Of a stretch of 29,055 nt of DNA, positions 1-11,269 are shown one piece after another; the first letter of the stretch is position 1; every line of letters begins with the position of its first letter. A program made the translations under genes and the position numbers. Source of the DNA: Octopus sinensis (lineage: Eukaryota). The DNA lies in the NCBI RefSeq assembly GCF_006345805.1, contig NW_021832951.1, positions 1 through 29,055 of the forward strand, read 5' to 3'. The notes under the pieces are model-generated. The model made no database searches and was not told where the DNA came from. It saw only the letters and a list, made by a program, of their open reading frames with translations.

Positions 1-1214
1 TTTTTTAGGGGTGGATCGTCAAAATGTTCTTGGGTTTGATGGAGGGACCTAAAATAAACATCTTTGGGTAAACTCCTTTCATTATAGTTTGACGAGTTCG
101 TTGTTTTATAACGAACAAAGAACTAAAATAAAATAGAAATAAAAAAAATAATATAAAAATAGAAATACAGATAGGGAAAAGAAGTAAGTAGCGAATTTGA
201 TGGCGTAAAAGACTCACAGGCATATTAGATGCACCTAATTTCAGCAAGAAATATTCAGGGCAAAATGGTTTTAGTGTATAAAAATCTGTAATATTTAAAG
301 CAATCAAGCAGTACATTACAAAACATAACAAAAGTAACTTAACTATGGCAGGAAACATTACTGTGTATACAAAGGAGGTTTGCATTTATAGCTGAATATA
401 AAAAAAAACACGAAATTACGATAGTGAAAAATATCCAATATGATTACTGTAATAAAACGGGCAAGAAAAATAAAGCAGAAAGTATTTGATAGAAACTAAG
501 CTTCCATTGCAGCTGAACGTAAACTTGAACAAGGCAACAAAATCTTTAATCGTCTTCAAAACAAGAAAAATCCTATAAATTCGTTAATCTCGCATATAGG
601 ATCCGGGATGGGATTTTTTTTTTTTTTGCGAAAAAGAGTGCGTCTTTTATGCCATTAAATACGGTAATCGCTAAAATTCCAGAAGAGGCGGTGGATTAAA
701 ATACTGTAAATATATATCTTTCTCTTGAAAAAACAAACCACATAACGAGAATCGATGCAAATTATGATCTTTAATGTCAGACGTCAGTTGAAAATGGCTC
801 TGTTCTTCAAACTAACCCGTTTGAAGTATATTTGGTTTTATATTCCGGTGTATGTATGATATAAACTATGGATATCTGTGTATCTATGTGCATATCAAGA
901 ACTGTTCACAATACAAAACGTGTTGAAACTCTCAAAACCAGATTTATTCTGGTTGACATCCGTCCCTAGAAAATGGAAGATTTTCGCCATTTTCTTTGCA
1001 CATGTTTGTTTTTCTTTTTTGTTTTCAATTATTTATAATTGATTGTTTTCATTTTTTTCTTCATTTTTTTTTTTTTGATAATTTTTGCATATCATAAATG
1101 ATATCTTTTATTATTTTATTGATCTGCTGATCTGCACTTAAACAACCCTTTAAAACAAAATCTAAACGATAATACTAATGCAAAATCTTTTAGACAAAAT
1201 ATCTACGCTTCAAC

Positions 1215-1278
1215 ACACACACAAAGACAGACACACAAACACACACACACTGACACACATACACACACACACACACAC
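1215..1278. repeat. (CA)n microsatellite
   Basis: Direct reading of CA/CAGA repeats. Confidence 0.9.
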
Positions 1279-1543
1279 GAGGCTATGTCAGAACCCACCT
1301 ACCCAAAGTTCTTCGTTGTGTGATCGAACAGGGCATGTTGTGAACCAATATTGTTCAGCTCGACAATTATGCCTACATATCTACGTTTCCTCCTCCGTCT
1401 GCCTCGATTAATGCCAACAAATGCAGTTGTTGAACAAACATCAAAACTAGAGTTTCTTAAGGAGCGCACCCGGAGTTACATCAAAATGGGGCCCTAAATA
1501 AGTAACAAAGGAATATGATACAATATAATATATTATTATATAT

Positions 1544-1760
1544 ATTTCTTTATTACCCACAAGGGGATAAACACAGAGGGGACAAACGGATTGAGTCGAT
1601 CACATCGACCCCAATGCGTAACTGGTACTTAATTTATCGACCCCGAAAGGATGAAAGGCAAAGTCGACCTCGGCAGAATTTGAACCCAGAACGTAACGGC
1701 AGACGAAATACGGCTACGCATTTCTCACGGAGTGCTAACGTTTCTGCCAGCTCGCCGCCT
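1544..1760 (-). mobile_element. tRNA-derived SINE, family E (central domain GGTCGACTTTGCCTTTCATCCTTTCGGGGTCGATAAATTAAGTACC)
   Basis: Minus strand starts GGCGGCGAGCTGGCAGAAACGTTAGCAC and has a B-box-like GGGTTCAAATTC. Homologous to the copies at 18541-18953. The central domain resembles, from memory, the Meta-type SINE domain. Confidence 0.85.
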
Positions 1761-2250
1761 TTGTACAATATAATATATCATTATGTATATATATATATGT
1801 ATATATATGGTATATACTTTGTCTCTTCATTCTGGGGTTTACGCTTTTTTTTTTTTTTTTACCTTTTTTCTGTCAAGAAACAGTGACCTTAGCCCAACAA
1901 CAGATCGGGTTGCAAACCTTGAGTAGACAGGTATTTATCTGGTATTAAGGCGGCAGATGTCGGATAGAGAGGAAGGTATACAGATTTCATTTATACGAGC
2001 ATTGAAACCAAATCCTTAAATTTTTTCACACGTGTGTGTCACAAACTGATTTTGATATGAGATCTCGTCTGAGATAGACTTAGAAACAATTGGCAAAGGA
2101 ACATGAACACTAACATATATATACGTAACCAAATAATTATATAAAGTTTTATGCCAGACAAACGCATAAACTAAATTAAAAGTGATATATATATTGCCAC
2201 TAAGCACACATCTTTCCAAAATCACCATTTTTTTTTACAAAACACTAATA

Positions 2251-2305
2251 TAAAGGCGGTGCTCCAGCATGGCCACAGTCAAATGACTGAACAAGTAAAA
2301 GAGTA
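2251..2305 (+). mobile_element. 3' tail-only fragment of SINE family D
   Basis: TAAAGGCGGTGCTCCAGCATGGCCACAGTCAAATGACTGAACAAGTAAAAGAG matches the tails at 12721-12772 and 20757-20810. Confidence 0.85.
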
Positions 2306-2351
2306 TAATAATTGTTATAAACATATTTATTTTAAATGGTTATCCGTACCA

Positions 2352-2487
2352 ACATTATTATTATTATTATTATTATATTATTATTATTATTATTATTTAT
2401 TATTATTATTATCATTATTATCATTATTTTATTATATTATTATTATTATTATTATTATATATTATTATTATTATATTATTATTATAT
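2352..2487. repeat. (TTA)n microsatellite
   Basis: Direct reading; source of the poly-I and poly-Y ORFs. Confidence 0.95.
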
Positions 2488-2984
2488 AACCTCCCTTCTG
2501 AAGAGGAACAAGACTTTAAAAGTTTGTGAATATAAAACTTTAATCATTAACACAACAAATCCAGAATTCGCTCGAAATAAAATGGACAAAGTTTATATTT
2601 TTTGTAATTTCTTCGTTTGGTTTTTTATTTATTTGTGAATTTATTTTTTTTTTTTTTTTCATTATTTGAAAAAAAAAAAGTGAGGGTGGGGGATGTTTTT
2701 TTCTGTTCTCCTTCGTTTCTTTTCTTTTCTTTTCTTTCTTTTTTTTCTTTTTTTTTTCCTCTTTTTTTTGTTTTGTTTGGATGACCGGTGACATGATCTC
2801 CCTCCATTTTCGTCTTCTACGTTCCTTTGTTCTTTGTTTTTTATTATAAACTTTTGAACACTCCTCACGCGTCAAATGAACTATATGAAGGTGTGTTATT
2901 GACTTTTTGTCCGTTTGTCTCTCCCTCTCTTTCTTTCTGTCTCTCTTTATCTGTCTCTCTTTATCTATCTATCTGCCTATCTGA

Positions 2985-3112
2985 ATACATACATACATAC
3001 ATACATACGCATGTATGTATATATGTATGTATGTATGTGTGTATGTATGTATGTATGTATGTATGTATGTATGTATATATATGTATGTATGTATATTATA
3101 TATATATATATG

Positions 3113-3158
<46 letters not shown>

Positions 3159-3160
3159 TG

Positions 3161-3217
<57 letters not shown>

Positions 3218-3223
3218 GTATAG

Positions 3224-3278
<55 letters not shown>

Positions 3279-3664
3279 GGTATATATGTATATATATTAA
3301 TATTATATATGTATATATATGTATATATGTATATATATATATATATATATATAATGTATATCTATATATATATATATGTATATATTATATATATATGTAT
3401 TATTATATATATAATATGGTATATATATCTATGTATATATATGTAATATATGTATATATATATATGTATATATATATTATATATATATGTGTGTGTGTGT
3501 GTATATATATATGTATATATATATATGTATATATAGTATATTATATATGTATTATATATATATGTATATATATGTATATTATATATGTATATATATATAT
3601 ATGTGGTGTGTGTGTGTGTGTGTAATATATATATGTATATATATATGTATTATATATATATGTG

Positions 3665-3703
<39 letters not shown>

Positions 3704-3752
3704 ATATATATATGTATAGATATATATATATATGTGTGTGTGTGTGTATATA

Positions 3753-3825
<73 letters not shown>

Positions 3826-4131
3826 GTATATATATGTATATATATGTATATATATATATATGTTATATATATATGTATAGATATATGTATATATATATAT
3901 GTATATATATATATATGTATATATATATGTATATATATATGTATATATATATATGTAGATATATATATGTATATAATATATGTATATATATATGTATATA
4001 TATAATATATATATCGTATATATATATATATATATGTATATATATAGTATATATATATGTATATATATATGTATATATATATGTATATATATATCTATGT
4101 AATATATATATATATATATATGTATATATAG

Positions 4132-4163
<32 letters not shown>

Positions 4164-4184
4164 GTATATATATATAGATGTATA

Positions 4185-4215
<31 letters not shown>

Positions 4216-4290
4216 TATATATATATATATATATAATATATATATATAATTATATAGTATATATATGTATATATATGTGTGAATGTATAT
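2985..4290. repeat. ~1.3 kb compound (TA)n/(TATG)n/(TG)n microsatellite
   Basis: Direct reading; source of the YI/MYVC ORFs. Confidence 0.97.
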
Positions 4291-4811
4291 ATTCAAAACA
4301 AGCGCAATATCAAATCAACTTGTCACAACAACGATGTACTCTTCCCATGTTTTGAATGACAACTTCAAAGAAAGTTTACATATTTTTTAAAGAGCGCATG
4401 ATATGATATAAATATAATACAATGGACACGACCTTATGCAACAGCCTAATACAGTAATAAATCGTAATAACGTCCACAAAAAGCCTTCATGAGGTACCAC
4501 AGATGTAGTTTGCCAAATCTCTTCTTCTGGAACTTTAATATCAAAGATGTTTTCTCGTAGACTATTTCACAGCATAGTCTGTAGAACAGCAATTTTAAAC
4601 CTTTTTGCGACCCACGGTATACTGAATAAAATGCTAAAAGTCACATAACACATCGTTAACGGTTTATAAGTTTTATCGTACAAGAACCGAGTATTTCTAT
4701 TGCTTTGAAACGGAGATGGGCCCATACATTGCACTTTACTGCAAGGAAGTGCAAATGCACAAGCATGGTACATTCAGAACATTTAAGTTTTAAACTGTCC
4801 TACTATTTTCC

Positions 4812-5390
4812 GACTCATCTCAAAATCTCGCGGCTCACTTGCAGTGTATACGTGGCACAAATCCATCCCCGCCTCACCGTGGTGGGGACGCTGGCAACGG
4901 GTAGTGTCAGAGATATGCCGTCGGGAACTTCGGTTCCTGGTAGGGCCACCCAAGGCGGATTGGTCTGACACCGAGTGGTATTAGGGCCACAACCCGGCAG
5001 ATGGGGCTCTGGTGAAAATCCTCGGAGTGTCTGTTTCGGCAACCGGCGGCTCCTCAGTCGGGAACTTCGGTTCCTGGTAGGGCCACCCAAGACGGATTGG
5101 TCTGACACCGAGTGGATTAGGGCCACAACCCGCAGATGGGGCTCTGGTGAAAATCCTCGGAGTGTCTGTTCGGCAACGGTGGCTCCTCGGTCGTCGTTCC
5201 GTCCTGCGTCTGCGACAATCTGCGGCAAACAGGATGTCTCTACATGCGGGATTGTTGGGAACCGCTTGTGAAATTCATATTCCCACGAAACTTCTTCCAC
5301 TGCCATGGTTCGAGATGCCTCGAGGGTGGTGGAAGAAGCCGACTCAACCCGCCCAGGGTGAATGTCGCCGCAAGTACAAGTAAGTAAGTA
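4812..5390 (+). mobile_element. Short non-autonomous RTE-clade derivative: 5' UTR-like head fused to a degenerate ORF C-terminus and (TAAG)n tail, with an internal tandem duplication
   Basis: 4867-4971 resembles, from memory, the Expander/Rex3 RTE 5' UTR. The 3' part translates, with frameshifts, to GRRSV..RPA..TAMVRDASRVVEEADSTRPG*, like the RTE C-terminus at 11950-12052. It ends CAAGTACAAGTAAGTAAGTAA. Duplicated units are 4920-5056 and 5057-5189. Confidence 0.65.
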
Positions 5391-5559
5391 AATTTGTATC
5401 ACAGCACAGGGATTGAAAATGTCTGCTTCAGAACATAATCTATCCCTTTTTAAAGTGTTTTTGTCTTTTCATTTTCATAGGGTTTGTCACCTACTATGTT
5501 CTGTGGATTCTTTTTTGAGGCGCTGCTCATCTTTCAGTATTTTCCTAAACAAACTAATC

Positions 5560-5945
5560 GTGGAGGCGCAATGGCCCAGTGGTTAGGGCAGCGGACTCGC
5601 GATCATAGGATCGCGGTTTCGATTCCCAGACCGGGCATTGTGAGTGTTTATTGAGCGAAAACACCTAAAAGCTCCACAAGGCTCCGGCAGGGGATGGTGG
5701 TGATCCCTGCTGTACTCTTTCAGCACAACTTTCTCTCACTCTCACTCTTACTTCCTGTTTCTGTTGTACCTGTATTTCAAAGGGCCGGCCTTGTCACTCT
5801 CTGTGTCACGCTGAATCTCCCCGAGAACTACATTAAGGGTACACGTGTCTGTGGATGCTCAGCCACTTACACGTTAATTTCACGAGCAGGCTGTTCCGTT
5901 GATTCGGATCAACCGGAACCCTCATCGTCGTAACCGACGGAGTGC
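5560..5945 (+). mobile_element. tRNA-derived SINE: head H1 + body B1 + tail T1, full length
   Basis: A box TGGCCCAGTGG, B box GGTTTCGATTCC and an A-rich tail. Candidate 8-bp TSD AAACTAAT at 5551-5558 and 5961-5968. Homologous to 7383-7740. Confidence 0.9.
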
Positions 5946-6461
5946 TTTAAAAAGAAAAAAAAACTAATTGAAAATTCCTGAAACAAAAAATGAACCTTTT
6001 GATGTTATTTTTTTTTAACCAATGGTAAAAGTATATTTTCAGAGAATTGTTTTAAAACAAGACAACAAAATGCAAGATTTGGCATCAAAGGACAGAAATG
6101 TATTATTGTACAAAACCAATATGTTTGGCTGAAAAAAAAAAATCTTCGCTTTTACTTTATAAATATTCTGTTAGAATCACGACCTTTTGGTGTTCCTACT
6201 TGTGATCATTGCCGTAAACTGAACTTACACAATAAACTCTATAACGGCATTATACGGAAGTATACCTTGTAAGTGAATAAATACAATACAAAGTTATCCA
6301 CTGTGGAGAGTGTAGTTATCAAGCCGTGGCTATGGATTTTGCCATTATACCCATCGAAGAGCACGTAAAGAACTGACCTACTGAAAATAAAGATTTCTAC
6401 TTTGTTGGGGGTCTCAGTCAGTTTCGGTGGGATCAAAATCAGTCTTGCTTTCTCAACCATA

Positions 6462-6866
6462 TTCTCTCTTTACTCTTTTTACTCTTTTACTTGTTTCGAC
6501 TGCGGCCATGCTGGAGCATCGCCTTTAATCGAGCAACTCGACCCCCGGGACTTATTCTTTTTTGTAAGCCCAGTACTTATTCTATCGGTCGCTTTTGCCG
6601 AACCGCTAAGATACGTAAACACACCAGCATCGGTTGTCAAGAAATGCTAGGGGGACAAACACAGACACACAAACACACGCACGCATATATATATATATAT
6701 ATACGGCGGGCTTCTTTCAGTTTCCGTCTACCAAATCCACTCACAAGGCTTTCGTTGGCCCGAGGCCATAGTAGAAGACACTTGCCCAAAGTGTCACGCA
6801 GTGGGACTGAACCCGGAACCATGTGGTAGGTAAACAAGCTACTTACCACACAGCCACTCCTGCGCC
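6462..6866 (-). mobile_element. SINE family D, full length, with internal (TA)/(TG) microsatellite
   Basis: Minus strand starts GGCGCAGGAGTGGCTGTGTGGTAAGTAGC and has the CORE-like CTTTGGGCAAGTGTCTT. Tail is (GAGTAAAA)n. Homologous to 12238, 20406 and 24012. Confidence 0.9.
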
Positions 6867-6960
6867 AATTCGTTTTATATTTGGCAAGATTTCCAGTGTT
6901 GTGTAATTTGACAATAAGTAAACAAGAAAATTGAGGTTACATGCAACAGGGTAATTTTGA

Positions 6961-7137
6961 GAAGGGCAAGTCGATTACACAGACCACAGTACTTGACTAG
7001 TACGTTATTTTATCGATTCCAAAAGGATGAAAGACAAAGTTGACCTCGGCTGGATTTGAACTCATAACGTAAACTATCGGAAGAAATGCCACAAAATATT
7101 TTTTTCGATGCTCTAATGATTCTGCCAGCTCTTCGGT
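6961..7137 (-). mobile_element. Diverged SINE family E copy
   Basis: AAGTCGATTAC...AAAAGGATGAAAGACAAAGTTGACCTCGGC...TCTGCCAGCTC aligns with 1590-1755. Confidence 0.8.
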
Positions 7138-7189
7138 TTTAATGTTTCTATTTTAGGTATCAGGCTAGTAAGCTTGAGAGAAGGGGTCA

Positions 7190-7340
7190 AATGATACCAC
7201 CGATCTTAGTAATTGGCTGGTGGTTTATTTTATCGATCCCTAAAGGTAGGAATGACATTAGCCTTGGAGACATTTTGAACTCGGAATGTAAAAATCCGGA
7301 AGAAATACTACAAGGTATTTTTACCGACGCTCTTACGCCA
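7190..7340 (-). mobile_element. Highly diverged SINE family E-like remnant
   Basis: TTTATTTTATCGATCCCTAAAGG...TTTGAACTCGGAATGTAAA...GAAGAAATAC gives a partial match only. Confidence 0.55.
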
Positions 7341-7382
7341 ATATATATTCTGCATAATACTACTACTAATGATAATAATGTT

Positions 7383-7740
7383 GGCACTCCGTCGGTTACG
7401 ACGACGAGGGTTCCACTTGATCCGATCAACGGAAGAGCCTGCTCGTGAAATTAACGTGCAAGTGGCCGAGCACTTCACAGACACGTGTACCCCTTAACGT
7501 AGTTCTCGGCGGAGATTCAGCGTGACACAGAGTGTGACAAAGCTGGCCCTTTGAAATTCAGGTACAACAGAAACAGGAAGATAGAGTGCGAGACAGTTGT
7601 GGTGAAAGAGTACAGCAGAGTTCGCCACCACCCCCTGCCGGAGCCTCGTCGAGCTTTAGGTGTTTTCGCTCAATAAACACTCACCGCGATCCTACGACCG
7701 CGAGTCTGCTGCCCTAACCACTGGGCCATTGTGCCTCCAC
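7383..7740 (-). mobile_element. SINE H1+B1+T1 copy with the B box deleted
   Basis: Reverse complement of 5560-5945 except for loss of the CAACGCCCGGTCTGGGAATCGAAA segment near 7683. Confidence 0.9.
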
Positions 7741-8574
7741 AATAATAACAATGATAATAATATATGTATATATATATATATATTCTATGTGTATCAATTA
7801 ATCAATTTAGGGTAGCAAAAAATTCAATAGAAATTATTTTGCCACCAGCGGTCTAGTGAGAAAGAGGAAATAGTCAGAGACTATAAATAAATTCAACAAC
7901 AATTGAGGAACGGCCTCATTAGGCCGTTCGACCCACTAGAAAGAGCAGCCAGGACTCCAACCGCAAATAGTAGTAATTCCGAAATTTAAGGAAAATTAAA
8001 AAACATTTACCCTATTCATCTTTAGACAATGCATTGTTTCGGCGTTTTTTGATGGCAAACCAGCCTGATTAAATTAAATTAAACTTAATCAAGTCAATCT
8101 TCCAAAAGGCCACGCACTCATCGGTAAAGAAGCCAGGAGGGACAGAATATATTCTATGTGTATATATAAACCATTCAATATAATAATTAATAAGATTTAT
8201 TCTCTCTATATATAATTCATTCTATGCAATAATATAATTTTATTTCATGTAATATTATATTGAACAACCAATTTTTTTGCTCAAAATATAAACAACAATT
8301 ATAATTAATAACTTTTTTATGTTAGATTCTTAATTATAAAGATAGCAGTGGTAATGATAGAAGCTAAAAAATAATGAGCATTCGAAATTTGGTAACCTTG
8401 TGCTACGTCTGTGTTCTGCTAATCCAATGAATTCTTGCCAACCTGGCACAGACAGCTCTTGTACATATTTGCAGACGACAGACTACACCACGACGTTGTG
8501 TCTGTGACCTATTTGTAACTATTTACGATTGAAGTCATTTTGTTTTCTCGTAAACCCGTAATACTTTGGGAACA

Positions 8575-8623
<49 letters not shown>

Positions 8624-8662
8624 GTCTGTTTATCTGTATGTCTGTCTATCTATCTATCTATC

Positions 8663-8743
<81 letters not shown>

Positions 8744-8765
8744 GTCTGTCTGTCTGTCTGTCTAT

Positions 8766-8817
<52 letters not shown>

Positions 8818-8899
8818 TTATCTATCTATTTACCTATCTATCTCTCTATGTATATCTATATATCTATCTATCTATCTATCTATCCATCTATCCATCTAT

Positions 8900-8959
<60 letters not shown>

Positions 8960-8998
8960 TTATCTATCCATCTATCAATCTATCTATCTATCAATCTG

Positions 8999-9045
<47 letters not shown>

Positions 9046-9048
9046 CTT
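8575..9048. repeat. (TCTA)n microsatellite
   Basis: Direct reading; source of the YLSI ORFs. Confidence 0.97.
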
Positions 9049-9173
9049 TTTCCTTCCTTTTACGATCCCTTTTGATCGAAAACCACCACTCTCCTTTTTT
9101 TACCCCCAAAAGAAAAGCTCTACCTTGTAATTTGTTCTATCTGTGTGCAGCCCTGTGTGGCTAATAAAGAAAC

Positions 9174-9174
9174 A

Positions 9175-9258
<84 letters not shown>

Positions 9259-9259
9259 C

Positions 9260-9321
<62 letters not shown>
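9174..9321. repeat. (TCTA)n microsatellite
   Basis: Direct reading. Confidence 0.97.
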
Positions 9322-9717
9322 ACACACGCACACACACACGTCATAACTTGCCACGTCATCTACGCCAGTTATGTGTCTGGTCAAACGACAACCACTATTT
9401 GATGATGTTGCTGTTTATTGTTTATTACTAATGCAGAAGATTAACAAGGAAAGTATAATGGGGTGATTATATCACAAGTCATATATTACCGATATCTATC
9501 TCCCCACCTCCAACCCACACCAGAAGTTATTGACGGCAAACGTAAATCCTTGTTTGATTTGAACTAACGAAGCAGAGGTGCAACTTAATACTGAGAAGGC
9601 AATTAATTCAATTGTCTAACATCGCTGCTCAGTCATAATCCCTAGGAGATGATGATGATGTCTTACACAGGAACAGTATCACAGCGTTTCCTTTATAAGA
9701 AGAGATAAGGAATATGA

Positions 9718-9850
9718 TCGACCCCTTGTAAATGTCTGATCTTAATTTTATCGATCGGAAAGGATTGAAAGATTGAGTGAATCCGGTTAGATCTGAACCT
9801 AGAACAAAAGCTAAATTCTCGCAATGTATTTAATCTAGCTTTCTTATGTT
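9718..9850 (-). mobile_element. Highly diverged SINE family E-like remnant
   Basis: TCGACCCC...TAATTTTATCGATCGGAAAGGATTGAAAG...TCTGAACCTAGAAC gives a partial match. Confidence 0.5.
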
Positions 9851-10440
9851 TCTGCTAAAACAAACAATATTTTGATCCCTTGTCAAGAGGAAAGGATTTC
9901 TCTACAAAATCTCTACAAAATCGACTCGTATTTAAGATTACAATTTAATTTATCACCCCGCAAGCCACTTTCACAAGGATAAAAATCAAAACTTGACCAG
10001 AGTCAGACCGTTTTTTACACTACACTGCTCTTAATAAACACTATCCTTCGTGCCATCATATATCGTCTGCTTGAGCAGACCTGCCTGTGAGTCTATACAA
10101 CATTTTTTCGAAATGTTGAACCAAGTATAAGAGTATATCGTTGTCGTTGTTGATGTTTGACTGTAAATTATGACTCTAAGATTCTACAATATATGTAAAC
10201 ACCATCTTTCTTCTGGCCGCCATTTTACCTGGCGAAAATAAAAAAATAAACGAAACTAAAACCATCAAATCAAAATTTATAAAACGTTTTAATTATTAAA
10301 AAAGTTATTTAAAAGCTAAACGAATCTCTTGTATTCTTTATTTGCTATTGTTCTCGTCGTCGTCGTTGTGTTTTTCTTTGCATTTCTTTGTTTTTCTCTT
10401 TTTCATACATCTGTATTTTAAACATTCGTTACATATCGGT

Positions 10441-10535
10441 TTCAAATTTTGGCACAAGGCAAGCAAGTTTGGGGGTGGGGCTTAGTCCATTAAATCGATC
10501 CCCTATACTCAACTGGTACTTATTTTATTTCGATA
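10441..10535 (-). mobile_element. SINE family E-related 3' fragment with a different tail
   Basis: TTAGTCCATTAAATCGATCCCC..AACTGGTACTTATTTTAT matches E, but it is preceded by TTCAAATTTTGGCACAAGGC instead of the E tail. Confidence 0.55.
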
Positions 10536-10793
10536 TACTGTTTAAGCTTCTTAACCATTCTCTTGGACCAGTGCCCAAATCTGGCTGATCTAAATTACGC
10601 AACAGTATTAGCGGGGCTTCCCTTAACGCACTTTTTTTGAGGTTGAAGTTTGTACTACTGTAAATAGTATGGTTTCAATGAATTTTCAAATCTACAGGAC
10701 AGTGAACGATACCTTTTTGATCTCCAGCCGTATTTATAAATTTCCAGATATGACTGTTTCTTAGATGTGCCTGCAAAATCTACCAGTTGAACT

Positions 10794-11121
10794 AAAAACG
10801 ATAAACGATAAACGTAGCCCTTTTCAAGCCTAGTCAGGCTCATGGGCCCGGTTTCCCGGTTTCTGTGGCCTATGTGTTCCCTCCCAGCTGGACGGGAAGT
10901 CAATCCATCGCAGCGTTACTCAAGAGACCGGAAAAGAGAGAGTGAAAGAAAGTTGTGGCAAAAGAGTACAACTGGGGTCGCAACCACCCCCTGCCGCAGC
11001 CTCGTGGAGCTTTTAGGAGTTTTCGCTCAATAAACACACACAACGCCCGGTCTGGGAATCGAAACCGCGATCCTCCGACCGCGAGCCCGCTGCCCTAACC
11101 ACTGGGCCATTGCGCTTCCAC
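10794..11121 (-). mobile_element. SINE head H1 + body B1 + tail T2
   Basis: Head and body as at 5560, followed by the tail CTGCGATGG...GAAACCGGG. Perfect 12-bp TSD ACCAGTTGAACT at 10782-10793 and 11122-11133. (TTTATCG)n end. Confidence 0.92.
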
Positions 11122-11269
11122 ACCAGTTGAACTGTTGACTCAAATATCATTTTTCTTCAGTTTCCTATTAGTTATTGAAGTTGAAGGTCGAAGTACATCT
11201 TCGATATCAATTTGACTGCTGTCTTGAGTAATGCACTAACACGAACTGAGTTTGTGGCACGATTACTGT

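Noticed and set aside
4867-4900. HDV-like ribozyme using GCC-TCACCGT-GGT as P3/L3
   Set aside because: The loop resembles L3, but the flanks pair as one simple hairpin; no convincing P1, P1.1 or P2.
5560-5635. tRNA genes at SINE heads (also 20194, 19130-19200 and others)
   Set aside because: A and B boxes are present but there is no complete cloverleaf; each head continues into a SINE body.
8390-8480. Protein-like frames (minus SVVCKYVQELSVPGWQEFIGLAEHRR; also plus 26732-26860)
   Set aside because: Poor splice context or in-frame stops adjacent, no recognised homologue, and competing frames are equally plausible.
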